Below the pieces are notes generated by a model. It saw nothing but the letters and a program-made list of their open reading frames with translations, had not been told where the DNA came from and searched no databases. Source: an uncultured Pseudomonadota bacterium (lineage in GTDB: Bacteria; Myxococcota_A; Polyangia; Fen-1088). Taken from it: DNA of 64,000 nt. Every line of letters begins with the position of its first letter. Positions within the stretch are counted from its first letter, which is position 1. The position numbers were made by a program, and so were the translations under genes. Below, in pieces: positions 47,083-58,225 of the stretch. The stretch spans positions 706,768 through 770,767 of the forward strand of contig CAWFVU010000007.1 in NCBI GenBank assembly GCA_963819375.1. The letters are read 5' to 3'.

Positions 47083-47373
47083 CATCTCGCGGGTCACTTT
47101 GCGTGTCTGGAGGCGCGGTTCCACCCTCGACAGAAGACCGGAGGCGACTTCATCGTCGTCGGGCACGTGGTGTGGGAGACGGAGGACGGACGCGCCGTGG
47201 TCCAGCCGTCGAGCACGCTCCTGTCGCGCGCCGAGCCGGCGACGTTGCTCTCCAAGCTGCAGTACCTGGTCTCCCTCAACGGCGCCGCGTCGTTCGAACG
47301 GTTGCAGGTGCTGCGCAGCCAGTTCTGGTCGTTCGTGGAAGTGCCAACTCGTCTCACCCTCAGGAGGTTCAGC

Positions 47374-47893
47374 ATGAACTCGTCACGGTCTTGGTTGAGT
47401 CTGTTCGCCCCCGCTTCGGGACTTCTCTTGCTCGTGCGCTTACGGCTGCTCGCACGAGCAGAAGGCGCCGCCGGCCCGCCCTGCCCCGGCGCCCATGGCC
47501 GCCCGGGTCGCGCCACCGTCGCCGCCCGAGCCGCCGCCGGAGGCGCCGAGCGAAGCGCCGCAGGCCAAGGACGAGCCGGCCATCTACTTCGACTTCGACT
47601 CGTACACCTTGCGCTCCGACGCCCACTCGGTGCTCCAGAAGGTCGCCAGCACGTTGAAGGCGCGGAACGCCGCCCTGGAGATCGACGGCAACTGCGACGA
47701 GCTCGGCACCACCGAGTACAACCTGGCGCTGGGCGAGGAGCGGGCGAAGGCGGCCAAGACCTACCTCGAGCACCTCGGCGTTCCGAACGCCAAGGTCAGG
47801 ACGGTCAGCTACGGCTCCGAGCGGCCGAAGTACCAGGGCCACGACGACGACGCGCACGCCAAGAACCGCCGCGACGATCTGATCGTGCGCTAG
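47374..47893 (+). pseudogene. pal: peptidoglycan-associated lipoprotein (OmpA C-terminal domain), one frame break in the signal peptide as sequenced
   Basis: AGGAGG lies 7 nt before the ATG at 47374 (MNSSRSWLSLFAPASGLLLL...). The lipobox and mature part (..GCSHEQKAPPA...) lie in the frame of ORF 47495..47893. That frame has a TGA at 47396 and no start of its own. OmpA/Pal motif NCDELGTTEYNLALGEERAKAAKTYL. Confidence 0.8.
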
Positions 47894-47902
47894 ACTGCCC
47901 GG

Positions 47903-49396
47903 ATGCGCAGATCGCGGTCGGCGGCGCTGTCGGCCCGGCTGGCGTTGGCCTCGCTGGGGACGGCCGTCGCCGTCGGCGTCGTCTGCGCCGTCGGTCTGTT
48001 TTCGCTGGGGAACGCGTCGGCCGTGTCGCGGGTGGCGGTCACCCGGCAGCTCGCGCTCATCGACGACGCGGCGGCGATGAGCGCCTTCCTCTATCAGAAG
48101 GGGTTCGTCGCCGAGTATCTGCTGACCGGCAACCGGGCCTGGCTGGCCGAGCTGGAGAGCAACCGCCCGGCCTTCGAGTCGTGGCTCCGCCACATGCACG
48201 GCAAGATCGGGAGCGCCGACTCGGAGCGCCTGCTGGACGAGATTCAGTCCGAGTACGCCGCCTACGATCACGCGCGGCGTGAGGCGGTCGCCCTCTACGA
48301 CGCGGGCCATCCCGCCGAAGCGAAGACGGCGCTCTTGCAAAACCACACCCAGGCGCAGCGGCTGCGCGATCTGTTCGCCGAGTTCGGCCGCGCCGCCCGT
48401 GCCGACGCCGAGACGACGCTCTCCGGCGCCGAGCGCTCGGTGCGCCGGCTGGCCGACGTGCTCGTCGCCACCAGCGTGGCGGGGGCGGTGGCCAGCCTGC
48501 TGGTCGGCTTCCTCTGGGCGCGCCGGATCACCAAGCCGATCACCGAGCTCGAGGTGCAGGTCGAGTCGGCGGCCGAGCGAACGCGCATTCATCTGCTGCC
48601 GGGGCGCGCCGGGCTCGAGACGCTGGGGGATCAGGTGAGCGCCATCGTCGAGAAGCTCGAGCAGACCGACGCGGCGCTGTTCGAGCACCGGCGGCGCCTG
48701 GTCCAGAGCGAGAAGCTGTCGGCGGTCGGGGAGCTGGCGGCCAAGCTGGCGCACGAGGTGCTGAACCCACTGGCCGGCATGAAGGCGGCGACGCAGCTGC
48801 TCGAGCGTCAGGGCACGGCGGCGCCGGGCGGTCAGCCGGTGGTCGAAACGGCGCGTGCGCTCGACCGCGAGATCTCGCGCGTCGAGGGGCTCGTCCGCCG
48901 GCTCATGAACTACGCGCGCCCGCTGGCGCCGCGCTTCGAGCTCTGCACCGTCGGCAGCCTGGTCGACGCCGCGCTGGAGGCCGCCTCCCCTGCCCTGGCG
49001 CGCCACCACACGGAGGTGGCGCGGCGCGAGGAGCCCAACCTGCCGCCGCTGGAGGTCGATCCGCAGCTCATCACGCAGGCGCTGGTGAATCTGATCGTCA
49101 ACGCCGCCGAGGCGACGCCCTCGGGGGGCGGCGCCATCGAGGTCGAGACGGCGCGCGCGACCAGCCTGGGGCGCGACGAGGTCGCGGTCCGGGTGCGCGA
49201 CCGCGGCACCGGCATCGGCGCCGAGCAGGCGCGCGAGCTGTTCAAGCCGTTCTTCACCACCAAGCCCGAGGGGCACGGGTTGGGCCTGGCGGTCAGCCAG
49301 AACATCTTGCTGGAGCACGGCGGCCGCATCGTCGCCGCCAACCGCCCCGACGCCCCCGGCGCCCTCTTCGAGCTCCAGATCCCGGTGGTCCGATGA
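47903..49396 (+). CDS. sensor histidine kinase (two TM, periplasmic helical sensor, HisKA/HATPase_c)
   Basis: ORF 47903..49396. H-box LAAKLAHEVLNPLAG and ATPase boxes VRDRGTGI and GHGLGLAV. Confidence 0.85.
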   Translation: MRRSRSAALSARLALASLGTAVAVGVVCAVGLFSLGNASAVSRVAVTRQLALIDDAAAMSAFLYQKGFVAEYLLTGNRAWLAELESNRPAFESWLRHMHGKIGSADSERLLDEIQSEYAAYDHARREAVALYDAGHPAEAKTALLQNHTQAQRLRDLFAEFGRAARADAETTLSGAERSVRRLADVLVATSVAGAVASLLVGFLWARRITKPITELEVQVESAAERTRIHLLPGRAGLETLGDQVSAIVEKLEQTDAALFEHRRRLVQSEKLSAVGELAAKLAHEVLNPLAGMKAATQLLERQGTAAPGGQPVVETARALDREISRVEGLVRRLMNYARPLAPRFELCTVGSLVDAALEAASPALARHHTEVARREEPNLPPLEVDPQLITQALVNLIVNAAEATPSGGGAIEVETARATSLGRDEVAVRVRDRGTGIGAEQARELFKPFFTTKPEGHGLGLAVSQNILLEHGGRIVAANRPDAPGALFELQIPVVR

Positions 49397-50775
49397 GTGC
49401 GACTGTCCTCATCGCCGACGATGAAGCGTTGATCCGCCAATCGGTTCGGTCGCTGCTGGCCGAGGAGGGGTTCGACGTCCACGTCGCCGCGTCGGGCGCC
49501 GAGGCCTGGACCCGGTTCCAGGAGACACGCCCCGACGTCGTGCTGCTGGACCTGGTGCTGGGCGACGCCGACGGGCTGGACGTCCTGCGCAAGATGAAGC
49601 AGGAGACCCCCGACACCAAGGTCATCCTCATCTCCGCGCACGGCTCGATCGAGAGCGCGGTGACCGCCATGAAGCTGGGCGGCTACGACTTCATCAAGAA
49701 GCCGTTCGAGCTGGAGGAGATCGTCGCCGCCGTCCGCAACGCCGTCCGCACCAGCCGCCTCGAGCAGCGGGTCGCCTACCTGGCGGCCCAGGAGCGGCGG
49801 CGCAGCGGCGGCGCGGCGTTCGTCCACGCGGCGCCCAAGATGACCCGGCTGCTCGCCGAGGTGGAGGTGATCGCCAAGAGCCCCGTGCCGCTGGTGCTGG
49901 TGACCGGCGAGAGCGGCACCGGCAAGCAGGCCATCGCCCGCATGCTGCACGAGGGGTCGCCGCGCGCGAGCGGCCCGTTCGTCGAGCTCAACTGCTCGGC
50001 GATCCCCGAAAACCTGGTGGAGAGCGAGCTCTTCGGCCACGAGCGCGGCGCCTTCTCCGACGCGCGCGAGCGGAAGCTGGGCCTGGTGGAGATCGCCGAC
50101 GGCGGGACGCTGTTCCTCGACGAGATCGGCGACCTCGGCACCGGCGCGCAGGCCAAGCTGCTGACGTTCCTCGAGCAGCGGACCTTTCGCCGCGTCGGCG
50201 CGACGGCCGTGCGCCGGGTGGACGCGCGCGTCGTCGCCGCCACCAACCGGGACCTGCCGGCCGCCGTCACTGCGCACACCTTCCGGGAGGATCTCTTCTA
50301 TCGGGTGAACGCCATCACCGTGCACCTGCCGCCGCTGCGCGAGCGGCTCGCCGACGTGCGCGCGCTGGCGGAGCACTTCCTCGGCGAGTCGGCGCGCGAG
50401 TTCGGCCGTCGCTTCCAGGAGATCGCGCCCGAGACCGCGGGCCTCCTCGAACGTTACCGCTGGCCCGGCAACGTGCGCGAGCTGCGCGCCGTGATCGCGC
50501 GCGCCACGCTCCTCCACGACGACACCGCGCTGCGCCCGGCGCACCTCCCGGCCGAGTTGCTGGCGGCCGCGCTGGCAGCTCCGGCCGTCGCAGAGGCCGC
50601 CGGCGAATCGGCCGCCGCGATCCCGACGCTCGAGGAGGTGGAGCTCGGCCACATCCGCCGCGTGCTGGAGATCTGCGGCGGCAACCGCACGCTGGCCGCC
50701 CAGCACCTCGGCATCACCCGCCAGACGCTGGCAAAAAAGATCGGCGGCACGGTGGGCGGCAGCAGCGACGAGTAG
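49393..50775 (+). CDS. sigma-54-dependent response regulator (NtrC family)
   Basis: ORF 49393..50775. Its ATG overlaps the kinase stop (ATGA). Receiver domain (VLIADDE...LDLVLGDADG), AAA+ domain with Walker A GESGTGK and GAFSDA (GAFTGA variant). C-terminal Fis-type HTH (NRTLAAQHLGITRQTLAKKI). Confidence 0.9.
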   Translation: MSATVLIADDEALIRQSVRSLLAEEGFDVHVAASGAEAWTRFQETRPDVVLLDLVLGDADGLDVLRKMKQETPDTKVILISAHGSIESAVTAMKLGGYDFIKKPFELEEIVAAVRNAVRTSRLEQRVAYLAAQERRRSGGAAFVHAAPKMTRLLAEVEVIAKSPVPLVLVTGESGTGKQAIARMLHEGSPRASGPFVELNCSAIPENLVESELFGHERGAFSDARERKLGLVEIADGGTLFLDEIGDLGTGAQAKLLTFLEQRTFRRVGATAVRRVDARVVAATNRDLPAAVTAHTFREDLFYRVNAITVHLPPLRERLADVRALAEHFLGESAREFGRRFQEIAPETAGLLERYRWPGNVRELRAVIARATLLHDDTALRPAHLPAELLAAALAAPAVAEAAGESAAAIPTLEEVELGHIRRVLEICGGNRTLAAQHLGITRQTLAKKIGGTVGGSSDE

Positions 50776-50790
50776 CCCGCGGATGAGCGA

Positions 50791-51519
50791 CTACTGCGGC
50801 AGCGTTCCGTTGCTGCCGGTCGTCGCTGCGTGGCCGGGCGCTTGGCTCGGTGCCCCCAGAAAGAGGCCCCACAGCGACGCCAGGCGGACGATGTCGGCGC
50901 TGGTGTGGACGCGCAGCTTGCCGTTGATGTGGCCGCGGTGGGTCTCGACCGTCTTGATGCTGATGCCGAGCCGCCCGGCGATCTGCTTGTTCGAGCTCCC
51001 CCAGATCACCAGATCGAAGATCTGCCGCTCCCGCTGCGACAGCCGCTCGATGGCGTGGGTGCTGGCGTTTTTTTCGGCGCGCGCGCCGGCACCGACCAGA
51101 CGCGGCGGCGGCGCGGCCACGCCCGGCGGCAGCACCAGCTCGCCGAGCCCGACGCTCCGGATCGCCGCGATGATCTCCGCCGGGGACTGCGCCTTCAACG
51201 CGTAGCCGCCGGCGCCGGCGCCCAGCGCCTGGTGCACGATCGCCTCGGGACCGTGCGACGTCAGGATCAGCACCCGGACGGCCGGTGTCGCGCGGGCCAG
51301 ATGGCGCGCCAGGGCGATGCCGTTGCGGTCGCCGAGGTGGAGGTCCGAGACGACCACGTCGGGACCGAGCGCGACCGCCAGGGCACAGGCGGTCGCACCG
51401 TCTTCACACTCGCCGACAACCTCCAGATCGCCCGTGTCACCCACATTTGGCGCGATCTCCAGCGCGGCCTTCATTCCCATCCGGAAAATCGACGAAGGGT
51501 CCACCAGCAGCAGCTTCAC
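50791..51519 (-). CDS. LuxR/NarL-family response regulator
   Basis: ORF 50791..51519. Receiver domain (LLLVDPS...VVVSDLHLGD). LuxR HTH LSQRERQIFDLVIWGSSNKQIAGRLGISIKTVETHR. No cognate kinase adjacent on the same strand. Confidence 0.85.
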   Translation of the reverse strand: MKLLLVDPSSIFRMGMKAALEIAPNVGDTGDLEVVGECEDGATACALAVALGPDVVVSDLHLGDRNGIALARHLARATPAVRVLILTSHGPEAIVHQALGAGAGGYALKAQSPAEIIAAIRSVGLGELVLPPGVAAPPPRLVGAGARAEKNASTHAIERLSQRERQIFDLVIWGSSNKQIAGRLGISIKTVETHRGHINGKLRVHTSADIVRLASLWGLFLGAPSQAPGHAATTGSNGTLPQ

Positions 51520-51706
51520 GTTTCAGCCTCCTTCTCGCGTGCGCGAGGTTCACCTCGGACCTAGCAATGCCGGTGCCGCCCGACGGCCAGGCCTTTCCGG
51601 CCCCACCGCCGCACCGCGGGGTAAGAAATCCAGCGGTCGAGCCTCCGGGCGTTCATTTGGGTGACGCCGTGGCAACCGCCCGCCGCGCATGGCATTCTGG
51701 CCGCGC

Positions 51707-52738
<1,032 letters not shown>

Positions 52739-52754
52739 GGGACACCGCCGGGCG

Positions 52755-53652
<898 letters not shown>

Positions 53653-53656
53653 CGAC

Positions 53657-55798
53657 GTGCATTTTCTCGCACCCTCGCTGCTGCTCGGCCTCCTCGCCGC
53701 CGCCCTGCCCGCGATCATCCACCGGATCGGGCGGCGGCATGCGCGGCCGGTCCGGTTCGCGGCGATGGAGCTCCTGCTGCGCGCCGAGCACGAGGTCTCC
53801 GCGCGGCGGAGGCTGCGCGACGCTCTCTTGCTGTTCGCGCGGACTGGCCTCGCCATGGCGCTGCCGCTGGCGTTCGCGCGTCCGTTCGCCGAGGTCCGGT
53901 CGGATCTGCCGGCGGTGACCGGCCGCTCGCAGAGCGCGGTGGTGGTCCTCGACGACTCGGCCAGCATGCGCCGGCGGGCCGCCGAGGGGGGAACGCCGTT
54001 CGAGGCGGCGCGCGCCAAGGCCCGGGCGGTGATCGAGCATCTGTCGGCCGACTCGGAGGTCGCGCTCGTGCTCGCCTCGGAGGGGTCGGCGGCGCCGATC
54101 GCCGAGCTGGCCAGCGATCGGGCGCGCGTGGTGGCCGCGCTCGAGGCGGTCCCCAGCTCTGCCCGCCGCGCCGACTTCGCCGCGGCGCTGCGACGCGCGA
54201 CGCAGATCCTGGCCGGTTCTACCCGGGCCGATCGCCTGATCTACGTCGCCACCGATCTGCAGGCCGCGGGGTGGGACGACGTGAAGCCGGCCGTCGGCGC
54301 GGGCGCCCCCCAGATCGTCCTGCTCGACGCCAGCGGGGGCGCGGCCTGGACCAACCGCGCGGTGCTGGCGCTCGCCGCCGAGCCGGCGCCCGAGGAGGGG
54401 GCCCAGGGGATCGCGGTCATCGCCGAGATCGCCAACTTCTCTCCCGAGCCGGTGCGGAACCTAGGCGTGACGCTGGCGCTCGACGGCGCCGAGGTGGCGC
54501 GCGGCTTCGTCGACGTCCCCGCCGCCGGTCGCGCCCGCAAACGGTTCGTCCTCACCACCGCCGGCGGCAGCGCGCACGAGGCCGAGGTGGCGATCGACAA
54601 GGACGCCTTCCCGCTCGACGATCGGCGCGCTTGCCTGGTCGAGGCCTCGCGCGGCCTGCGCGTGCTGATCGTCGACGGAGATCCGCGCACCGTCCGGACC
54701 GAGGACGAGACCTTCTTCCTGGAGGCGGCGCTGCGGGCGGGGGGCAGCGGCTTTTCGGTCACGAGCACGCTCCCCGACGATCTCGCCGGCCGCGATCTCT
54801 CCGCCTTCGGCGCCATCTTCGTGGCCAACGTGAACCGCCCCGCCCCGACGGTCGCCGCGGCGCTGATCCACTACGTCGAGGCGGGCGGCGGCCTCTTCAT
54901 CTCGGTCGGCGATCGCGTCGACACCGACGCCTGGAACCAGGCCGCGAAGGCGATCCTGCCGCAGCCGCTCGGCCTCAAGCGGAGCGCCGCCGCGCTGCCG
55001 GGGGCGCACGCCGAGGGGGAGACGGTCGACCTCCGCCCGGCCGAGCGCCTGGCGCCGATCGATCGCCGCCACCCGCTCCTCTCGGCGTTCCCCGCCCATG
55101 GCGACGGGCTGTCGTCGGCCCGGTTCTTCCAGTACATGCTCCTCTCGCCGCTGCCGGACGCGCCCGGCCGGCAGATCGTGCTCCGCTACGAGAGCGGCGC
55201 GCCGGCGCTGGTCGAGGCGGAGGTCGGCCGCGGCCGGGTCCTGCTGCTCACCACCACGGTCGACCGCGAGTGGACCGACCTGCCGATCCGCCCGGGGTTT
55301 CTGCCGCTGATTCAGGAGATCGCCCGCTATCTGGCGGGCGCCCCGTCGGGCGAGGCGGCGACCGCCATCGCCGTCGGACAGAAGCGGGAGATCGCGCTCG
55401 AGCCCGACGATCGCCGGGTGGAGATCGTGCCCCCGGCCGGTGAGTCGCGCTGGTTGACGCCGCAGGGGCGCAGCAGCGACGCGCGCGCCCGCCGCACGCT
55501 CACCTTCGCGGAGACCGACGAGCCCGGCTTCTATCGCGTTCGCGCCGCGCGCGGCGACGGCACCATCAGCGATCGCCCGGACGCCGCCTTCGTCGTCAAC
55601 CTCGACCCGCGCGAGTCCGACCCGACGCGTCTGCCCGACGACAAGCGCCCCGATCGCGCCGCGGCGTCCACCACGGCCGGCGTGGCCCCGCGCCGCCGGC
55701 TCGAGCTGTGGCACGCGCTCGGCGCCGCCGCCATCGCGCTGGTGCTGCTCGAGTCGCTGTTGACCCTGCGGTTTCGACGCGGCAGGGTCAAGGCATGA
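53657..55798 (+). CDS. BatA-like membrane protein (N-terminal double-TM domain plus vWA-like region)
   Basis: ORF 53657..55798 with GTG start. MHFLAPSLLLGLLAAALPAIIHRIGRR is the aerotolerance BatA-type N-terminus. VVVLDDSASM is a vWA MIDAS-like motif. C-terminal TM (LWHALGAAAIALVLLESLL). Confidence 0.75.
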   Translation: MHFLAPSLLLGLLAAALPAIIHRIGRRHARPVRFAAMELLLRAEHEVSARRRLRDALLLFARTGLAMALPLAFARPFAEVRSDLPAVTGRSQSAVVVLDDSASMRRRAAEGGTPFEAARAKARAVIEHLSADSEVALVLASEGSAAPIAELASDRARVVAALEAVPSSARRADFAAALRRATQILAGSTRADRLIYVATDLQAAGWDDVKPAVGAGAPQIVLLDASGGAAWTNRAVLALAAEPAPEEGAQGIAVIAEIANFSPEPVRNLGVTLALDGAEVARGFVDVPAAGRARKRFVLTTAGGSAHEAEVAIDKDAFPLDDRRACLVEASRGLRVLIVDGDPRTVRTEDETFFLEAALRAGGSGFSVTSTLPDDLAGRDLSAFGAIFVANVNRPAPTVAAALIHYVEAGGGLFISVGDRVDTDAWNQAAKAILPQPLGLKRSAAALPGAHAEGETVDLRPAERLAPIDRRHPLLSAFPAHGDGLSSARFFQYMLLSPLPDAPGRQIVLRYESGAPALVEAEVGRGRVLLLTTTVDREWTDLPIRPGFLPLIQEIARYLAGAPSGEAATAIAVGQKREIALEPDDRRVEIVPPAGESRWLTPQGRSSDARARRTLTFAETDEPGFYRVRAARGDGTISDRPDAAFVVNLDPRESDPTRLPDDKRPDRAAASTTAGVAPRRRLELWHALGAAAIALVLLESLLTLRFRRGRVKA

Positions 55799-56454
55799 AC
55801 AAGAGCTTCGGGAACGACGACGCCCACGTCGCGGAATGGCTCCAGCGGATCTACGCGCCCGAGGACGAGGTCCTCACCGAGATCCGCGCCCGCAGCGCCG
55901 CAGCCGGACTGCCCGACATCCAGGTCGCGGCGCTCGACGCGCGCCACCTGGAGGTGTTGACCCGCGCCGCCGGCGCGCGACGCGCCGTCGAGATCGGCAC
56001 GCTGGGCGGCTACTCGGGCGTGGCGATCCTGCGGGGCCTCGGACCGGCCGGCGAGCTGGATACAATCGACAGCGAGCCGCGCCACGCCGAGGTGGCGCGC
56101 GAGAGCTTTCGACGCGCCGGCTTCGGGGCGCGCGCCCGGGTTCACGTCGGCCCCGCGCTGGAGCTCTTGCCGCGCCTGGTGGCGGGCGGGCCGTACGATC
56201 TGGTCTTCATCGACGCCGACAAGGAGGGCTATCCGCGCTACCTCGACTGGGCGGCCGACAACCTGCGCCCCGGCGGCCTCGTCCTGCTCGACAACGCCTT
56301 CCTGTTCGGCCACCTGCACGAGACTCCCGCCGGCGAGCGGGCCGCCTCGATCAGGGCGATGCAGGCCGTGCACGAGAAATTGGCCCGCAGCGGGCGTTTT
56401 CGGGCCACCCCGCTGCCGACCGGCGAGGGGCTGGCCATGGGCGTGAAGATCTAA
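55795..56454 (+). CDS. class I SAM-dependent O-methyltransferase (family 3, caffeoyl-CoA OMT-like)
   Basis: Its ATG at 55795 overlaps the stop of the BatA-like gene (ATGA). Motifs AVEIGTLGGYS, YDLVFIDADK, GGLVLLDN. Confidence 0.85.
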   Translation: MNKSFGNDDAHVAEWLQRIYAPEDEVLTEIRARSAAAGLPDIQVAALDARHLEVLTRAAGARRAVEIGTLGGYSGVAILRGLGPAGELDTIDSEPRHAEVARESFRRAGFGARARVHVGPALELLPRLVAGGPYDLVFIDADKEGYPRYLDWAADNLRPGGLVLLDNAFLFGHLHETPAGERAASIRAMQAVHEKLARSGRFRATPLPTGEGLAMGVKI

Positions 56455-56457
56455 GGG

Positions 56458-57579
56458 TCAGCCGTCCGCGACGGGCGAGCTGCCGGCAGCCGAAGGCGGC
56501 GCCGCGCCGAACGATCCCGCCAAGGCCCGGTGGGCCGGCGTGCCGAGCAGCGACGGGAGCATCGCGGCGGGCGCGGGGAGCGCGACCCGGCAGGCGGCCT
56601 TGAGCGCCGCGACGCGCGCGGCGCTCTCCTCGACGCGCAGCCGAAAGTCGGCGCGCGCCTCGGCGGCGCGGACGATCGCCTCGAAGGCGGCCTGCTGGCG
56701 CGCCTCGGGCTCGCGGATGAGGAGGTGATCGCACCCGGCCTCGATGGCGCCCACCGCCAGCTCCTCGATCGAATAGCGATCGGCGACGGCCTTCATCCCG
56801 AGATCGTCGGAGACCAGCACGCCGCCAAAGCCGAGCTCACCGCGCAAAAGCTCGGTCGCGATCCGGCGCGACAGCGTGGCCGGTCGATCGGGATCGAGCG
56901 CCGGATAGAGGACGTGCGCCGTCATGAACGCCTCCATCCCGGCGGCGGCCGCGGCGGCGAACGGCGCCAGCTCCACCCGGCGCAACCGCTCGAGATCGTG
57001 CGGCACCACCGGCAGCTCGTGGTGTGAATCGGTGCGGGTGTCGCCGTGACCGGGGAAGTGCTTGCCACAGCCGACCAGCCCCGCGCCGCCGAGGCCGCGC
57101 CAAAACGCCAGCGCCTGCGCCGAGACCGCCTGCGGGGTGGTGCCGAACGCGCGGTTGCCGATCACCGGGTTCGCTGGATTGGTGTGCACGTCGAGGACCG
57201 GCGCGAAGTCCCATCCGATGCCGAGCGCCGCCAGCTCCTCGCCGAGCGCCCGACCGACCGCCGTCGTTCGCGCGCTGTCCCCGGCCCCGCCGACCGCCAG
57301 CATCGGCGGCCAGACCGTGGCGGGCGCGCGCACCCGCTGGACGACCCCGCCCTCCTGATCGATCGAAACCAACAGCGGCGCCTCGGACGGCGCGGCGCCC
57401 CGGAGGGACGCCACGAGCGCCGCCACCTGCCCCGGATCCGCGATGTTGGGGCGGAACAGCATCACGCCACCGACCTCCGACGCGGCGATACGCGCCCGCA
57501 ACGCCGCCGGCGCCGCCGTCCCGTCGAACCCGACCGACAGGAGCTGCCCGGCGAGCTGCCGCAAACGCGACGCCGTCAC
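56458..57579 (-). CDS. nagZ: beta-N-acetylhexosaminidase (GH3, NagZ-like)
   Basis: ORF 56458..57579. Motifs SIDQEGGVVQR, NPVIGNRAFG, GKHFPGHGDTRTDSH, GVLVSDDLGM. Confidence 0.85.
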   Translation of the reverse strand: MTASRLRQLAGQLLSVGFDGTAAPAALRARIAASEVGGVMLFRPNIADPGQVAALVASLRGAAPSEAPLLVSIDQEGGVVQRVRAPATVWPPMLAVGGAGDSARTTAVGRALGEELAALGIGWDFAPVLDVHTNPANPVIGNRAFGTTPQAVSAQALAFWRGLGGAGLVGCGKHFPGHGDTRTDSHHELPVVPHDLERLRRVELAPFAAAAAAGMEAFMTAHVLYPALDPDRPATLSRRIATELLRGELGFGGVLVSDDLGMKAVADRYSIEELAVGAIEAGCDHLLIREPEARQQAAFEAIVRAAEARADFRLRVEESAARVAALKAACRVALPAPAAMLPSLLGTPAHRALAGSFGAAPPSAAGSSPVADG

Positions 57580-57786
57580 GACGGGCTTTCGGGCCGCCGG
57601 GGGCAGGCGGGAAACCCGGGGGCGGTTCTCGACCCGGGCAACCTCGGACTCGCGCCGGCGGTCGTAAGCATCCGCCGGATCTTATCGACACCGTTCCCGC
57701 AATCCACTTTCCATCTTGCGCCGCCCTGATATATGGTGCGGGCCCTTTCGCCACCCCACTGCCGCAACCTCGCCCTCGCCAAACAG

Positions 57787-58225
57787 ATGATCAAGGTCAA
57801 GCGCATCGATCACGTCGCCATCGCGGTTGCGGAGCGTGACGCCGCCGCCGCCAGCCTGAGCGCGCTGTTCGGCCTCGAGACCGGCGCGCGGGAGCACGTC
57901 GCGTCGCAGGCCACGGACGTCACCTTTCTGCATCCGCACGGCAGTCGGGCCAAGTGGTGGGATGCAAGACGCAGCGCTGGAGCTCTGCGCCCCGCGCGGG
58001 AACGCAACGCTCGAGCGCTTCCTGGCGCGCCGCGGGCCCGGCCTTCACCACGTCTGCTTCGCGGTGGAGGATCTTCCGGCCGCGCTCGCCGAGCTGAAGG
58101 CGGCCGGCGTTCGCCTCATCGACGAGACACCGCGTCCCGGCGCGCGCGGGCACGACGTCGCCTTCCTGCACCCCGACTCGACGGGCGGTGTGCTGTTCGA
58201 GCTCTGCGCGGGGTCCGACGCGTGA
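57787..58225 (+). pseudogene. VOC-family protein, methylmalonyl-CoA epimerase-like, one frame break as sequenced
   Basis: ATG at 57787 (MIKVKRIDHVAIAVAERDAAAASLSALFGL...VTFLHP). After ~57955 it continues in ORF 57962..58225 (ALELCAPRGNATLERFLARRGPGLHHVCFAVEDL...GVLFEL). Confidence 0.75.
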
